Positions 12,001-24,894 of a DNA stretch of 51,126 bases are shown in pieces. The stretch is from Nemertoderma westbladi. Taxonomy: Eukaryota > Animalia > Xenacoelomorpha. Position numbers and translations under genes: made by a program. Under the pieces are notes generated by a model. The model was given only the letters and a program-made list of their open reading frames with translations. It made no database searches and was not told the DNA's origin. Numbering within the stretch: the stretch's first letter is position 1; every line of letters starts with the position of its first letter. The stretch is taken from positions 1-51,126 of the forward strand of contig JAUCBJ010006863.1 in assembly GCA_032718475.1 (NCBI GenBank), written 5' to 3'.

Positions 12001-15000
12001 TGAACGACCACTCTACTATGACCACTGACCAAGACACAACCGTACCTATGAACGACCACTCTACTATGACCACTGACCAAGACACAACCGTACCTATGAA
12101 CGACCACTCTACCATGACCACTGACCAGGACACAACCGTACCTATGAACGACCACTCTACCATGACCACTGACTAGGACACAACCGTACCTATGAACGAC
12201 CACTCTACCATGACCACTGACTAGGACACAACCGTACCTATGAACTACCACTCTACCATGACCACTGACCAGGACACAACCGTACCTATGAACTACCACT
12301 CTACCATGACCACTGACCAGGACACAACCGTACCTATGAACGACCACTGACCAGGACACAACAGCAAGTCTGAACGACCACTCTACTATGACCACTGACC
12401 AAGACACAACCGTACCTATGAACGACCACTCTACCATGACCACTGACCAGGACACAACCGTACCTATGAACTACCACTCTACCATGACCACTGACCAGGA
12501 CACAACCGTACCTATGAACGACCACTGACCAGGACACAACAGCACCTCTGAACGACCACTCTACTATGACCACTGACCAAGACACAACCGTACCTATGAA
12601 CGACCACTCTACCATGACCACTGGCCAGGACACAACCGTACCTATGAACTACCACTCTACCATGACCACTGACCAGGACACAACCGTACCTATGAACGAC
12701 CACTGACCAGGACACAACAGCACCTCTGAACGACCACTCTACTATGACCACTGACCAAGACACAACCGTACCTATGAACGACCACTCTACTATGACCACT
12801 GACCAAGACACAACCGTACCTATGAACGACCACTCTACCATGACCACTGACCAGGACACAACCGTACCTATGAACTACCACTCTACCATGACCACTGACC
12901 AAGACACAACCGTACCTATGAACTACCACTCTACCATGACCACTGACCAGGACACAACCGTACCTATGAACGACCACTGACCAGGACACAACAGCACCTC
13001 TGAACGACCACTCTACTATGACCACTGACCAAGACACAACCGTACCTATGAACGACCACTCTACTATGACCACTGACCAAGACACAACCGTACCTATGAA
13101 CGACCACTCTACCATGACCACTGACCAGGACACAACCGTACCTATGAACTACCACTCTACCATGACCACTTACCAAGACACAACCGTACCTATGAACTAC
13201 AACTCTACCATGACCACTGACCAGGACACAACCGTACCTATGAACGACCACTGACCAAGACACAACCGTACCTATGAACGACCACTCTACCATGACCACT
13301 GACCAGGACACAACCGTACCTATGAACTACCACTGAACAAGACACAACCGTACCTATGAACTACCACTGACCAAAACACAACCGTACCTATGAACTACCA
13401 CTCTACCATGACCACTGACCAGGACACAACCGTACCTCTGAACGACCACTGACTAAGACACAACGGTACCTATGAACGACCACTCGACCATGACCACTGA
13501 CCAGGAAACAACCGTACCTATGAACGACCACTGACCAAGACACAACCGTACCTATGAACTACCACTCTACCATGACCACTGACCAAGACACAACCGTACC
13601 TATGAACGACCACTCTACCATGACCACTGACCAGGACACAACCGTACCTATGAACTACCACTTTACCATCACCACTGACCAGGACACAACCATACCTATG
13701 AACGACCACTGACCAAGACACAACCGTACCTATGAACGACCACTCTACCATGACCACTGACCAGGACACAACCGTACCTATAAACGACCACTTACCAAGA
13801 CACAACCGTACCTATGAACGACCACTCTACCATGACCACTGACTAGGACACAACCGTACCTATGAACTACCACTCTACCATGACCACTGACCAGGACACA
13901 ACCGTACCTATGAACGACCACTGACCAGGACACAACAGCACCTCTGAACGACCACTCTACTATGACCACTGACCAAGACACAACCGTACCTATGAACGAC
14001 CACTCTACCATGACCACTGACCAGGACACAACCGTACCTATGAACTACCACTCTACCATGACCACTGACCAGGACACAACCGTACCTATGAACGACCACT
14101 GACCAGGACACAACAGCACCTCTGAACGACCACTCTACTATGACCACTGACCAAGACACAACCGTACCTATGAACGACCACTCTACCATGACCACTGACC
14201 AGGACACAACCGTACCTATGAACTACCACTCTACCATGACCACTGACCAGGACACAACCGTACCTATGAACGACCACTGACCAGGACACAACAGCACCTC
14301 TGAACGACCACTCTACTATGACCACTGACCAAGACACAACCGTACCTATAAACGACCACTCTACTATGACCACTGACCAAGACACAACCGTACCTATGAA
14401 CGACCACTCTACCATGACCACTGACCAGGACACAACCGTACCTATGAATGACCACTCTACCATGACCACTGACTAGGACACAACCGTACCTATGAACGAC
14501 CACTCTACCATGACCACTGACTAGGACACAACCGTACCTATGAACTACCACTCTACCATGACCACTGACCAGGACACAACCGTACCTATGAACTACCACT
14601 CTACCATGACCACTGACCAGGACACAACCGTACCTATGAACGACCACTGACCAGGACACAACAGCACCTCTGAACGACCACTCTACTATGACCACTGACC
14701 AAGACACAACCGTACCTATGAACGACCACTCTACCATGACCACTGACCAGGACACAACCGTACCTATGAACTACCACTCTACCATGACCACTGACCAGGA
14801 CACAACCGTACCTATGAACGACCACTGACCAGGACACAACAGCACCTCTGAACGACCACTCTACTATGACCACTGACCAAGACACAACCGTACCTATGAA
14901 CGACCACTCTACCATGACCACTGACCAGGACACAACCGTACCTATGAACTACCACTCTACCATGACCACTGACCAGGACACAACCGTACCTATGAACGAC

Positions 15001-15606
15001 CACTGACCAGGACACAACAGCACCTCTGAACGACCACTCTACTATGACCACTGACCAAGACACAACCGTACCTATGAACGACCACTCTACTATGACCACT
15101 GACCAAGACACAACCGTACCTATGAACGACCACTCTACCATGACCACTGACCAGGACACAACCGTACCTATGAACTACCACTCTACCATGACCACTGACC
15201 AAGACACAACCGTACCTATGAACTACCACTCTACCATGACCACTGACCAGGACACAACCGTACCTATGAACGACCACTGACCAGGACACAACAGCACCTC
15301 TGAACGACCACTCTACTATGACCACTGACCAAGACACAACCGTACCTATGAACGACCACTCTACTATGACCACTGACCAAGACACAACCGTACCTATGAA
15401 CGACCACTCTACCATGACCACTGACCAGGACACAACCGTACCTATGAACTACCACTCTACCATGACCACTTACCAAGACACAACCGTACCTATGAACTAC
15501 CACTCTACCATGACCACTGACCAAGACACAACCGTACCTATGAACTACCACTCTACCATGACCACTGACCAGGACACAACCGTACCTCTGAACGTCCACT
15601 CTACCA
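6054..15606. repeat. 9.5-kb satellite of mixed 48-bp and 34-bp monomers with higher-order duplications
   Basis: The 34-mer is GACCACTGACCAGGACACAACCGTACCTATGAAC, and the 48-mer adds the 14-bp GACCACTCTACCAT. Identical artefactual ORFs recur at offsets of ~718, 2606 and 2300 bp. Confidence 0.98.
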
Positions 15607-16924
15607 ATACAACTAATTCATCAGAAGGAGCGGCATTACGAAGTACTGAAAGAATCCTAGAAGGAGTGGGAATTTCGGAAAAGTTACAAACTACAAAATG
15701 TTCCTTACCCCCGAATTATGCTTGACGGACTCAATAAAAAATTGAAAAAAATTAATTCTAGGGGGTCTACGGGGCCAACGAAAGTCGCCGATTGGCCGAT
15801 ATTATTTTCGCCTATTACTACGGGAAGGATTCGTTTAAAGTAAAAACATGTACAAGAGATATGGTCGGGAGGCTCGAGATCTATCCAACGGAAGCGGTCC
15901 CAGAATCGTAAATTAAGATGTTCTCGAGTTATGGAGGAAAATCAATTAGTCGTTAAAAAATGCAGTAATTAGTAATTAGCGCTAATTAAGAATGATTTAT
16001 TGATGGAATATCGAAATTAATGCTGCCAATCGATGGGAAACAATGAGTGGAGCTCGCCAATTTTTTAAATTTTCAAAAAGACCCAGCGGAAGCGGAGATA
16101 AATGGATTTTCGTAAAATCGGGTCCCCGACTGCCAAGTCGAATATCAGAGGAGAATCGTGACCTTCAGGAAGTAGGCGATAATATACCAAAAAGGTAAAA
16201 CGTGTGATATTGATTTAAAATTAGTAACTTTTTGGTTGAAACGGGTTCGGGTTCGCTATGGGGTGATATACGCAATTTTAGTCAATTTGCCCAAATGGGT
16301 CATTTTTATGATCTTTGAGCATGATCAATATGATCTTTGGCCTAAAGCATCTAATAAGGTTAATTAAATATTTTATAATAATTAAAATATTATATGCAAA
16401 GCATTAGGGGTATTGCCAGATGTACTTTAAATTTTATCTTTTAAATTTCAAACCCTGGTTCACCCAGCCATGCAATGGCTGGGTGAACCTCCAAAATATT
16501 AAACGGCCTAATTGAAAAAGCCCTTAAATACATTTTAGGGTGGTGGGTGGGGATGTGGTTAGCTCTTGAGTGTAATTATTGAATTCGATGGAGTTTGTTA
16601 TAAAAGCATATTGTAAATCGTTATAAATTTCTGGGTTGTAACTAGTAATTGGAATGCCTAAAGCATCTTATATTTAAATGTATTAGGGTGCTCACCAGTA
16701 GAATGAACACAAGTTCTATATTTAAAAAAATTGTCCAAAAAATACAAGATAGCGCCAGCGTTAATGACGAAAGTATTTTTTCCATTTTCTTAGAATAAAA
16801 GTTCAAGATGAAAGCTATTTTATTAGAATAAAAGTTCCATTAATAATAAAATTCTATAAAAAAAAAAAATAAAAAGTTTAACTAAGTTAAAAATAAAATA
16901 GATAGGTTTTTAGGTCAACTGGAT

Positions 16925-17205
16925 GAAAGGGGGATGTAACATTAGTATTCATTCTTAATGAAAGTTATATTGTTAACTGAGCTACATCACTAACTATATT
17001 ATTAATTGAACTATTAGTTGCTTACCGTGATCGGTTTGACCTTTATATTAATTAGTAGTATTAGACCTAGACTACAAAGATATAAGGCAGCTGTTATGAG
17101 GTGGAGGGGGACTGGTGTGTACAAGAGTACAATAAGAGAGCTAATTGTATTGCATTATCTATTGAGCTTATTATACAGAATAGATTGCAAACTCATTATT
17201 TAACA
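16925..17205 (+). mobile_element. Putative polypurine tract and 3' LTR of the Gypsy remnant
   Basis: GAAAGGGGGA (16925-16934) is immediately followed by TGTAAC, with a candidate ...TAACA end at 17205. It is downstream of and co-oriented with the integrase. No matching 5' LTR was found. Confidence 0.5.
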
Positions 17206-17614
17206 CTATATAAAAAAAATACTGCAAATTTATTACAGAATATTCATTAATGATGGGTGTGGGGACGTTAACACGTATTTATATTTGTAATGGAATATTA
17301 ATAAATATAAATAATAGCCTAACTTACAATTCGATTCTAATTAAACGATTCCTAAATTTAAATAAACTAATTGGTGATGTTTAAGGAATAACAGCTTTCT
17401 TATATAAGTATAAAAATAGTGCAAATATTATTTGGCAGTCTATTCAATGTTGATATCAATTCTAAGAGGATGGGAGGAGGGCGGAGACAATGGCGGTTGG
17501 CTGGTTCAATACGTCTAATATAATCATATGAATACAGTTTGGCATGGCTGCCCAATTGGATTAGTCAGAATATTAAGTATATGGCAACACACCAGCAGCG
17601 GTATTGCAGCAGTA

Positions 17615-17713
17615 TGTGGGGCGAGCCACGAAGTTGGCGGAGCCTTAGCGAATTGACACTGTTAGGGGGTGGGTCAATTTATGCAAATAGTTGTCGTCGT
17701 CGTCGTCGTCGTT

Positions 17714-17755
<42 letters not shown>

Positions 17756-18141
17756 GTCGTCGTTACGATTTTGACATGCTAATAACTTTGTCGGATTTAA
17801 AGCTGCCAAGTTGAAAATTTGTAGGTATCAATATGAGCAAAAGTTGAGATTTTTGAGAGACTTTCAGACACCATCAGTGCAATGGTCTCCCGCTAGAGGG
17901 CCACATGTCTAAACATTAAATGCCCTCCCATTTCTTTGCTTTTAATCCGTTTAAGCTGAAACTTGGCAGATATGTATTAGACCATTAGCTGTGACTTTCA
18001 AAGGAGGCGAATCCATCTGCAGTTCTCCAGTCTGCCGCTAGAGGGCCAACGTGACTATTTGCATAAATTGACCTACCCCCTAACAGTGTCAATTCGCTAA
18101 GGCTCTGCCAACTTCGTGCTGCGCGAAGTCCCCACTTCGTG
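17615..18141 (+). mobile_element. Helentron-like non-autonomous element (HINE-type), copy 1, with two CTCF-like motifs
   Basis: 5' end GTGGGGCGAGCCACGAAG, a (TCG)n microsatellite, ~145-bp internal units and 3' end GCTGCGCGAAGTCCCCACTTCGTG. The first ~430 bp are near-identical to 28342-28755. The superfamily is inferred from architecture only. Confidence 0.7.
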
Positions 18142-18158
18142 TAGTTCATTATGTGTAG

Positions 18159-18213
18159 GTAGAGACATGTAAGGGGGAACCGATACGTAGAGACATGTAA
18201 GGGGGAACCGATA
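18159..18213. repeat. Tandem duplication with a 28-bp period
   Basis: GTAGAGACATGTAAGGGGGAACCGATA occurs twice. Confidence 0.9.
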
Positions 18214-18599
18214 AGTTAACATTATTTAATTAATGGTTTGTTGGGTTGAGTGGAGTAGAGTGGAAAATGTTTGCCAGATGCAATGCCAAAAAAAACGAGA
18301 AAAAACAATTGTTAAAAAGTTACCAGACGTACTGACGTACAACTGATATTCGTTATCGGCGTTATAACTCAAAAAGGCACTGCTTTTTTTATAAAGTCCA
18401 TAACCTGACTGTGAGAGATATCCAATTACAAATTCCTTTCCTTTACAAATTCTGTACTCAATTTGTATGAAGGGGAGAGTTGGTACAGGGGCCAGGCTGC
18501 TGACTAGTTTAATACTGCAGACATATTGAGTGGAAATAGCAAGACGTGAGTGACGTACCTTTCGTTGTAAAGTAATTAGATTTCTTGATACAAAGACAT

Positions 18600-21500
18600 G
18601 TCCGGATTTGGGAAGTGCCGCCCAAGTCGAGTCAAGAACTTTTGAAGCTGTAGGCCTGCCGACAATAAGACCAAGAAAGATACCGGTACTAGGCCTATAC
18701 AGTTTTTATCCCTGAGTCAGACTACAGCCAGACAGCACAATGTCCCCGCTCTTAATCTCCACAGTTTTCATCGTTCTGGGTCGTTTCGTTGTGGCAGAAC
18801 CATCCGATCCGCGGGGTAACCCTGCAACCCACCCAATACCCGTATTGGACTGGTTTGCGGAACACCCTGTCGCTACCGTTTCGAACTGCCGCGCCGAATC
18901 GACGGAGATGTGGTCGACGAGTGGATTTAGCCTCTACTGCTCTCGTCGGGGAAGAAGATCTTGGGTCTCCTCTCCACGATCTAGAGGCCTAATCGCTAAA
19001 CTCTGTCTACTGTCTCTGGCTGGGGATATTGAGACCAACCCAGGACCCAGCAGGACGCGGGCCCCGAAGATCAACTGTCCCGTCTGTCAACGAGGAACAA
19101 ACTCTCGGAGTAAGATCGTCCAATGCGAGAGTTGTGACACATTTGTACATTTAAAATGTTACCGTAGGAAACTCAGTAATTTATTCTCCACCGGAAACAA
19201 TCTTGAACCAAGTTTTCTCTGCAATAGCTGTATTTTTACCGAACTTCCCTTTCATGATACAATTTTAGAATCAGAAACCGACGATTCATTTCTCACATCG
19301 CCTCTGCAAACTCCAAGTGATGCTGAGAGTGAAACTTTTAATTTTTTTAAGAAAAAAGGTCTGCATTTTTTGCACTTAAACGCACGATCTCTGCTTCCAA
19401 AACTTTCCGAAATTCGTATTTTAATCAATAAATCCAACCCAGCAGTTTTAACAATCTCTGAAACTTGGCTCGATGATAGTGTTTCTGATGGAGAAATTTA
19501 TATTGATAATTACGTAGTTTTACGTAAGGATAGGGACAGACACGGTGGTGGTGTCTGTACTTACATTCGATGTGATTTAGCTTTTAATCGTAGGGAAGAT
19601 TTAGAGACTTGTGACGAAGTTTTACTGGTGGAACTTTTACTTCCTAAAACTAAACCTATTTTAATCGGTACTTTATATCGGCCCCCTAAACAATCAGATT
19701 TTTTGCAAAATTTTGAAAATACAATTTTATGTAATCTTAGGTCAGACTGTGAAATATATTTCTTAGGTGATTTTAATATCTGTTACCATCACAAAGCATC
19801 CCCCATCTGTAAACAGTACCAAAGTATTTTAAATTTGTTTGGTTTAAAACAAATTATTCGAGATTCTACCAGAATTACCAGTAAAACTTCTACTTTACTA
19901 GATCACATCCTTTGTAATAATACCGATATTATTTCTCAATCTGGGGTTTTACCTATAGGTCTAAGCGATCATTTTATAGTTTTTTGCACAAGAAAGACAG
20001 AAAAATCTTTTTTCGGGGATCATAAAACAGTAACAGTTAGGTCTATGAAAAATTACAGCAAGGAACGCTTTTTAAGTTTGTTAGTTAATTCTGACTGGGA
20101 ACCCTGTTTTAAGGCCGCTGACATTAACCTTGCGTACACTGTTTTTAAAGATATATTTTTAAAGGCACTTAATACTGTAGCACCAATTAAAGAAATTAGT
20201 CTTAAACAACGCACTGAGCCCTGGATGACCTCGGGTATTCTTTGTAATATCAGAGAAAGAGATAACTATTTGTATAAATTTAGGAAATACCGTGTTTTAG
20301 CTGATTATAATAATTACTGCAAATATAGAAACCTTGTCCAACGGGAAATAAAAAAAGCTAAATCTGAATATTTGTACAACAAAATAAGTGAGAATAAAGA
20401 TAATCCTAAAAGTCTATGGTCTACCCTAAAATCTTTAGGTTATAAAAACCTTAAATCTAAATCGAATATTGTTCTGCAAGATAACGGTGAGCTGATTCAT
20501 GATCATACTCTAGTTAGTAATTTATTTAATAATTATTTTACTAATGTTGCCTCTAATTTAGTTAAGAAATTACCGTTATCAAGAAATAAATATAGTATAG
20601 GGTCCGAAACTCTAAATAATTTTTATTTAGAAAAGTTACAAAATTCAGAAAAGTTATTTTTAAAACCCGTTTCTGAGGATTTCGTTTTTAAAAATCTACT
20701 TAGCCTATCAGCCTCAAAAAGTACCGGTCTAGACCTAATACCTGCCCGTTTTCTTAAGGATGGTGCTGAAGTACTTAAAGTGCCTATTACTTTTATTATT
20801 AATTACTCTATCGTAGATAATGTAGTACCAGACGAACTGAAATTAGCTAAGGTTGTTCCTCTGTATAAAAAGAATAGTAAAGTAGAACCCTGTAATTACA
20901 GACCTGTTAGTATCTTAAGTATTGTATCTAAAATTCTAGAACGTTCTGTTTTTCTACAGCTGGAGGCACATCTTAGTAGGCTAAATCTGATCTATGAACT
21001 TCAGTCCGGTTTTCGTAAATCATATTCTACAGACACCTGTCTTATTAACTTAACTGATACAATTAGATGTAATAACGCAAAGGGTTTATATACTGGTATG
21101 GTAATGTTGGACCTACAAAAGGCTTTCGATACTGTAGATCACGAAATTCTGCTTGGTAAGTTAGGCCTGATGGGTGTAGGTTCTATAGACTGGTTCAAGT
21201 CCTACCTGTCAGACAGAGGTCAAACTGTAGTCATTAGCAAATCGCAGTCTACTGTACAAGAGATTACCTGTGGTGTACCCCAAGGTAGTATATTAGGTCC
21301 TCTGCTTTTTGTATGCTATGTAAATGATATGATAAGTAGTATAGATCCCGATTTTAAACTCATTTTATATGCCGACGACAGTGCTCTTATTTTCTCTCAT
21401 AAAGATCCTATCCATATTTCCCAAAAGTTAAGTGCAGTTCTAGAATCCTGTAATGAGTGGTTGGTTGATAATAAGCTATCCATTCACTACGGTAAAACTG

Positions 21501-22572
21501 AAAGTATTTTGTTTGGTTCCAAAAGAAAGTTAAAGAAGGTAACTAAGTTTGAAGTCACTAGTAATGGACATAAGATTGAAAATAAAAAGGAAGTTAAATA
21601 TTTAGGCGCCACATTGGATAACTGCTTATCAGGAGAAAGTACAGTGAAAAATATTTTCTCGAAAGTTAACAGTAGGCTTAGGTTTCTATACAGAAATAAA
21701 AATAGTTTGAACACCGACTCCCGCAAGTTACTTTGCTCTTCTTTAATACAGTGTCACATGGACTATGCGTGCTCTTCTTGGTATGAAGGCTTAACCAAGC
21801 AGCTTAAATGTAAATTACAAGTAGCTCAGAATAAAGTAGTACGATTTATTAAAGACTACAAACCTAGACACCACCTAACTCCAGATGACTTTTCTGAATC
21901 TGGACTACTTAACTTAGATAGTAGAGTTAAGCAGCTACGCCTTAACCATGTGCATAAAGTGTATAATGGTAAATGTCCCAATTACCTAAAACAAAAATTC
22001 AACAGAGTACGCGATACACACTCTTACAGTACCAGAGCTAGTGCTTCAAACTTCTACCTCCCGAATTGTAAATCCTTCGAATCTGATACTTTCTTTTTTA
22101 ACGGCATTAAAAATTGGAACGCTCTGCCTAATGAAATTAAAAACCTAAATAATCAACATTCTTTTAAATCTGCAGTTAAATCTCATCTCCGTGTGCAATG
22201 TAAAAATAGGTACAATAGTCCTACAGTAAGTTATTAGTTTATTAATTATTTACTATTTATACTGTAATTACGTTTTATAATAAATTGTTCTGTACATTAC
22301 ATCTTTATCGTTGAGTCGGGCATTGTCACGCTCTCGGTAAAGTTGTACATGTACATAGTGTAATTACGTTTTATATTGGTTTTAGGTTAGCGTAGTGTAA
22401 TATTGTATTTGTAACCAAGTAACATAAAGGACCCCCTTGGAAATAAGCTGCAAAGCTTTAGGGGTAATCCTATATGTTATGTTGGACAATACCTTTATAC
22501 CGGTACATTGTTTGGTGTATTTGTTATTGTTTTTACATAATGTATAAATAAATCTATCTATCTATCTATCTA
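18600..22572 (+). mobile_element. Apparently full-length CR1-group (CR1/L2/Crack-like) non-LTR retrotransposon
   Basis: Intact 1165-aa ORF, a ~330-bp 3' UTR with an imperfect stem-loop (~22427-22473), and AATAAA followed by a (TCTA)n tail. The 5' boundary is approximate. Confidence 0.9.
18740..22237 (+). CDS. LINE polyprotein: hydrophobic leader, 2A-like peptide, PHD finger, APE endonuclease, reverse transcriptase
   Basis: 2A motif GDIETNPGP (aa 95-103); PHD CPVC..CESC..HLKC..CNSC; APE motifs NARSL, ISETWL, GDFN, LDHI and SDH; RT motifs [36 protein letters not shown] and YADD. Confidence 0.96.
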   Translation: MSPLLISTVFIVLGRFVVAEPSDPRGNPATHPIPVLDWFAEHPVATVSNCRAESTEMWSTSGFSLYCSRRGRRSWVSSPRSRGLIAKLCLLSLAGDIETNPGPSRTRAPKINCPVCQRGTNSRSKIVQCESCDTFVHLKCYRRKLSNLFSTGNNLEPSFLCNSCIFTELPFHDTILESETDDSFLTSPLQTPSDAESETFNFFKKKGLHFLHLNARSLLPKLSEIRILINKSNPAVLTISETWLDDSVSDGEIYIDNYVVLRKDRDRHGGGVCTYIRCDLAFNRREDLETCDEVLLVELLLPKTKPILIGTLYRPPKQSDFLQNFENTILCNLRSDCEIYFLGDFNICYHHKASPICKQYQSILNLFGLKQIIRDSTRITSKTSTLLDHILCNNTDIISQSGVLPIGLSDHFIVFCTRKTEKSFFGDHKTVTVRSMKNYSKERFLSLLVNSDWEPCFKAADINLAYTVFKDIFLKALNTVAPIKEISLKQRTEPWMTSGILCNIRERDNYLYKFRKYRVLADYNNYCKYRNLVQREIKKAKSEYLYNKISENKDNPKSLWSTLKSLGYKNLKSKSNIVLQDNGELIHDHTLVSNLFNNYFTNVASNLVKKLPLSRNKYSIGSETLNNFYLEKLQNSEKLFLKPVSEDFVFKNLLSLSASKSTGLDLIPARFLKDGAEVLKVPITFIINYSIVDNVVPDELKLAKVVPLYKKNSKVEPCNYRPVSILSIVSKILERSVFLQLEAHLSRLNLIYELQSGFRKSYSTDTCLINLTDTIRCNNAKGLYTGMVMLDLQKAFDTVDHEILLGKLGLMGVGSIDWFKSYLSDRGQTVVISKSQSTVQEITCGVPQGSILGPLLFVCYVNDMISSIDPDFKLILYADDSALIFSHKDPIHISQKLSAVLESCNEWLVDNKLSIHYGKTESILFGSKRKLKKVTKFEVTSNGHKIENKKEVKYLGATLDNCLSGESTVKNIFSKVNSRLRFLYRNKNSLNTDSRKLLCSSLIQCHMDYACSSWYEGLTKQLKCKLQVAQNKVVRFIKDYKPRHHLTPDDFSESGLLNLDSRVKQLRLNHVHKVYNGKCPNYLKQKFNRVRDTHSYSTRASASNFYLPNCKSFESDTFFFNGIKNWNALPNEIKNLNNQHSFKSAVKSHLRVQCKNRYNSPTVSY

Positions 22573-22717
22573 GCCCATGTTGTTATATAACAAAACAAGA
22601 GTGAATCACTCAAAAGATCCGTGTCTAATAACGCGTGAACTGTATACTCGTTGACTTGCTTACTACCACCAACCGGCATCAGGCTTTAACAATCAAAGTT
22701 GGTTCTACTTTAGTAGG

Positions 22718-23931
22718 GGTGTTCGGACACTTCCCCCCCGGACAGTTCCCCCCCGCTCAAGTAGGACACTTCCCCCCCGGACACTTCCCCCCCCAGACAC
22801 TTCCCCCCCCCCCCCGCGGACACTTCCCCCCCGACTGTTCTTAACTTCGCACATTCGTATTTTTCATTTTGTATGGTAAACGGACCGCTTGTATCCAGAC
22901 AAGTTGTATCCAATTTTCCTTTCGTAGCTCAGAAAGTGATCTTTTGCATCCCGATTTTACATTTTATATCCAAGTTTTATTTATGGGTTTTATCAATGCA
23001 ATTACATCGTATTGTTTGCTAATCTTTAAACAATTAATTATATTAGATGACCTATAAATTCCATCCCCGGAATGATATACTGTTTTTATTAACTATAGAA
23101 TTATAATAATTAATTGTTTTAATTATAGGTATTATTATGTAATAGTCTTCTTCAAATTGTAGCAGATGGGGATGAATATTATTGTTGCAATCAAAATTAT
23201 ACCTCTCCAGGGTAAAATCGACATGCGTCGACCTGTATTCTGTGTTCAGCATTACATATTGATATACATATTACTACTATACATACTATATAGATATTAT
23301 ACACACTACATATTAAATTTCCTGGTTACTTGCAATATTTTTAATAGGATTTTGTTGAATTATATAATATTGTAGTAATTTATATATTTAATTGGTTAAC
23401 ATTCAATACAGCTCCTAATTTAGGCTCAGTCAATTTATTATCTGATGATACAAACATGAATTAATTATTTCAAAATGGTCTTAAGTCTTTCACCACGGGC
23501 ACTCAGGTAAATGCCGGGGTCTGGGGGCGATAACCTCCAAGAAAAGAAGCGGGGGTTTGGGGGCGGCAGCCCCCAAGAAAATAAGCGGGGGTTTGGGGGC
23601 GGTAGCCCCCAACAAAAGAAGCGGGGGTTTGGGGGCGGCAGCCCCCAATTAAAATAAATTAAAAGAATTAAAGGAATTAAAAGAAAAACAAACAAAATTT
23701 GACTATAAAAATGTTTCTTTTATAATTTTGAAAAAACTTGTCTAGATACAACTTGTCCTGTAACCATCTTTAACTTTTGTTTATTGCTTTGATGCACCCA
23801 GATTAATTTTAACACTTTAACTGGGGGGGGGAAGTGTCCGGGGGGCAAGTGTCCGGGGGGGGAAGAGTCCGGGGGGGGAAGTGTCCTACTTGGGCGGGGG
23901 GGAAGTGTCCGGGGGGAAGTGTCCTAGATCC
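22718..23931. mobile_element. Non-autonomous TIR DNA transposon with repetitive C/G-rich TIRs and an 8-bp TSD (MULE/foldback- or Merlin-like)
   Basis: The left arm has GGACACTTCCCCCC(C) repeats (22718-22845) and the right arm has the inverted GGGGGGAAGTGTCC repeats (23815-23931). TTAGTAGG flanks both ends (22710-22717 and 23932-23939). Confidence 0.85.
23513..23648. repeat. Four ~36-bp GC-rich tandem units (GCGGGGGTTTGGGGGCGGCAGCCCCCAAGAAAA...)
   Basis: Direct repeats, most containing a GGGGGC-N4-GCCCCC hairpin, inside the TIR element. Confidence 0.85.
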
Positions 23932-24894
23932 TTAGTAGGATCTAAGTTCGCGCCTAGGACTTATTTATTTACCATTTAAGAGCTTGGTTACTAGTTTTTG
24001 GCTGCTCGTTTCAACTTCTAGAATAATTAGTCGAAAACTGTACATTTGAATTTCAATCAATCAAAAAAATACTTCTTAACATAAATCTCTTAAACTAATT
24101 AAAGATTTTAGAATTATGAGATATGGGGATGGGGAATCTATTTACGTATGTCATTTTTGAATAAATCTCTACTACTATAATAGCGCAAGAAATACGACTA
24201 CTCCTCCCCTGCAAGTTGCTAATATAATTTATTATTTGTACTTACAGCACTCGATTATTAATTATAATCAATGAATGAGGTCATTCATACTATCACTGTA
24301 CGTCTATGTATTGTATTGTATAATAATATGGTGTAATATTGTATAGTATAGTTTGTCTAAGCATTGCATAAAGAGGTCAATGTCAATGTCGCATTAATTA
24401 AAATTAAATACACCGCCACAATTATTTGTGGTTGGTTTATTGTTTGGATATTCCCATAGGAACTGGGGAGAGCTATCAGCTGACGGGGAAATACATTGTA
24501 AACTAATAGTTTCTGTTTGCTTACTGTAAAACTTGGCAAGTAATGTACTTCTCTGCAGGTTTGGCCAATCCATTAAATAACATTACTAGGCCCTCTTCTA
24601 AATTTCAATATATACAGCAGCAGCAGCTGTTTTTATCATTGCGCCTATTGCGTTCTTCGGTTTATGTCTATTTTTCGAGCCCAGAGGCTATATGGACAGA
24701 GTAGCCGATCATGCCAGGGGCCTTAGAATCGGGACTGTCTAAAACCCGGGTCTGTCCCGGTTACGGCCAAACTATTTCAGCTGGTAGGAAACTGTATAAC
24801 AGCAGTTGAACCATCAGACTCAATCTGTTCTAACTGACATTCTGCAGATATGTACCTGACCATAATAGGCTGCGTGTTTGGGAGGACGCTAACC

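Noticed and set aside
6054-15606. CRISPR array, or dozens of small V/S/W-rich minus-strand genes
   Set aside because: There are no unique spacers and no cas genes, and the context is eukaryotic. The ORFs are translations of the satellite.
17539-17814. Arg-rich protamine-like ORF (also 28341-28523)
   Set aside because: The poly-Arg comes from the (TCG)n microsatellite of the mobile element, and the ORF starts at a non-ATG codon.
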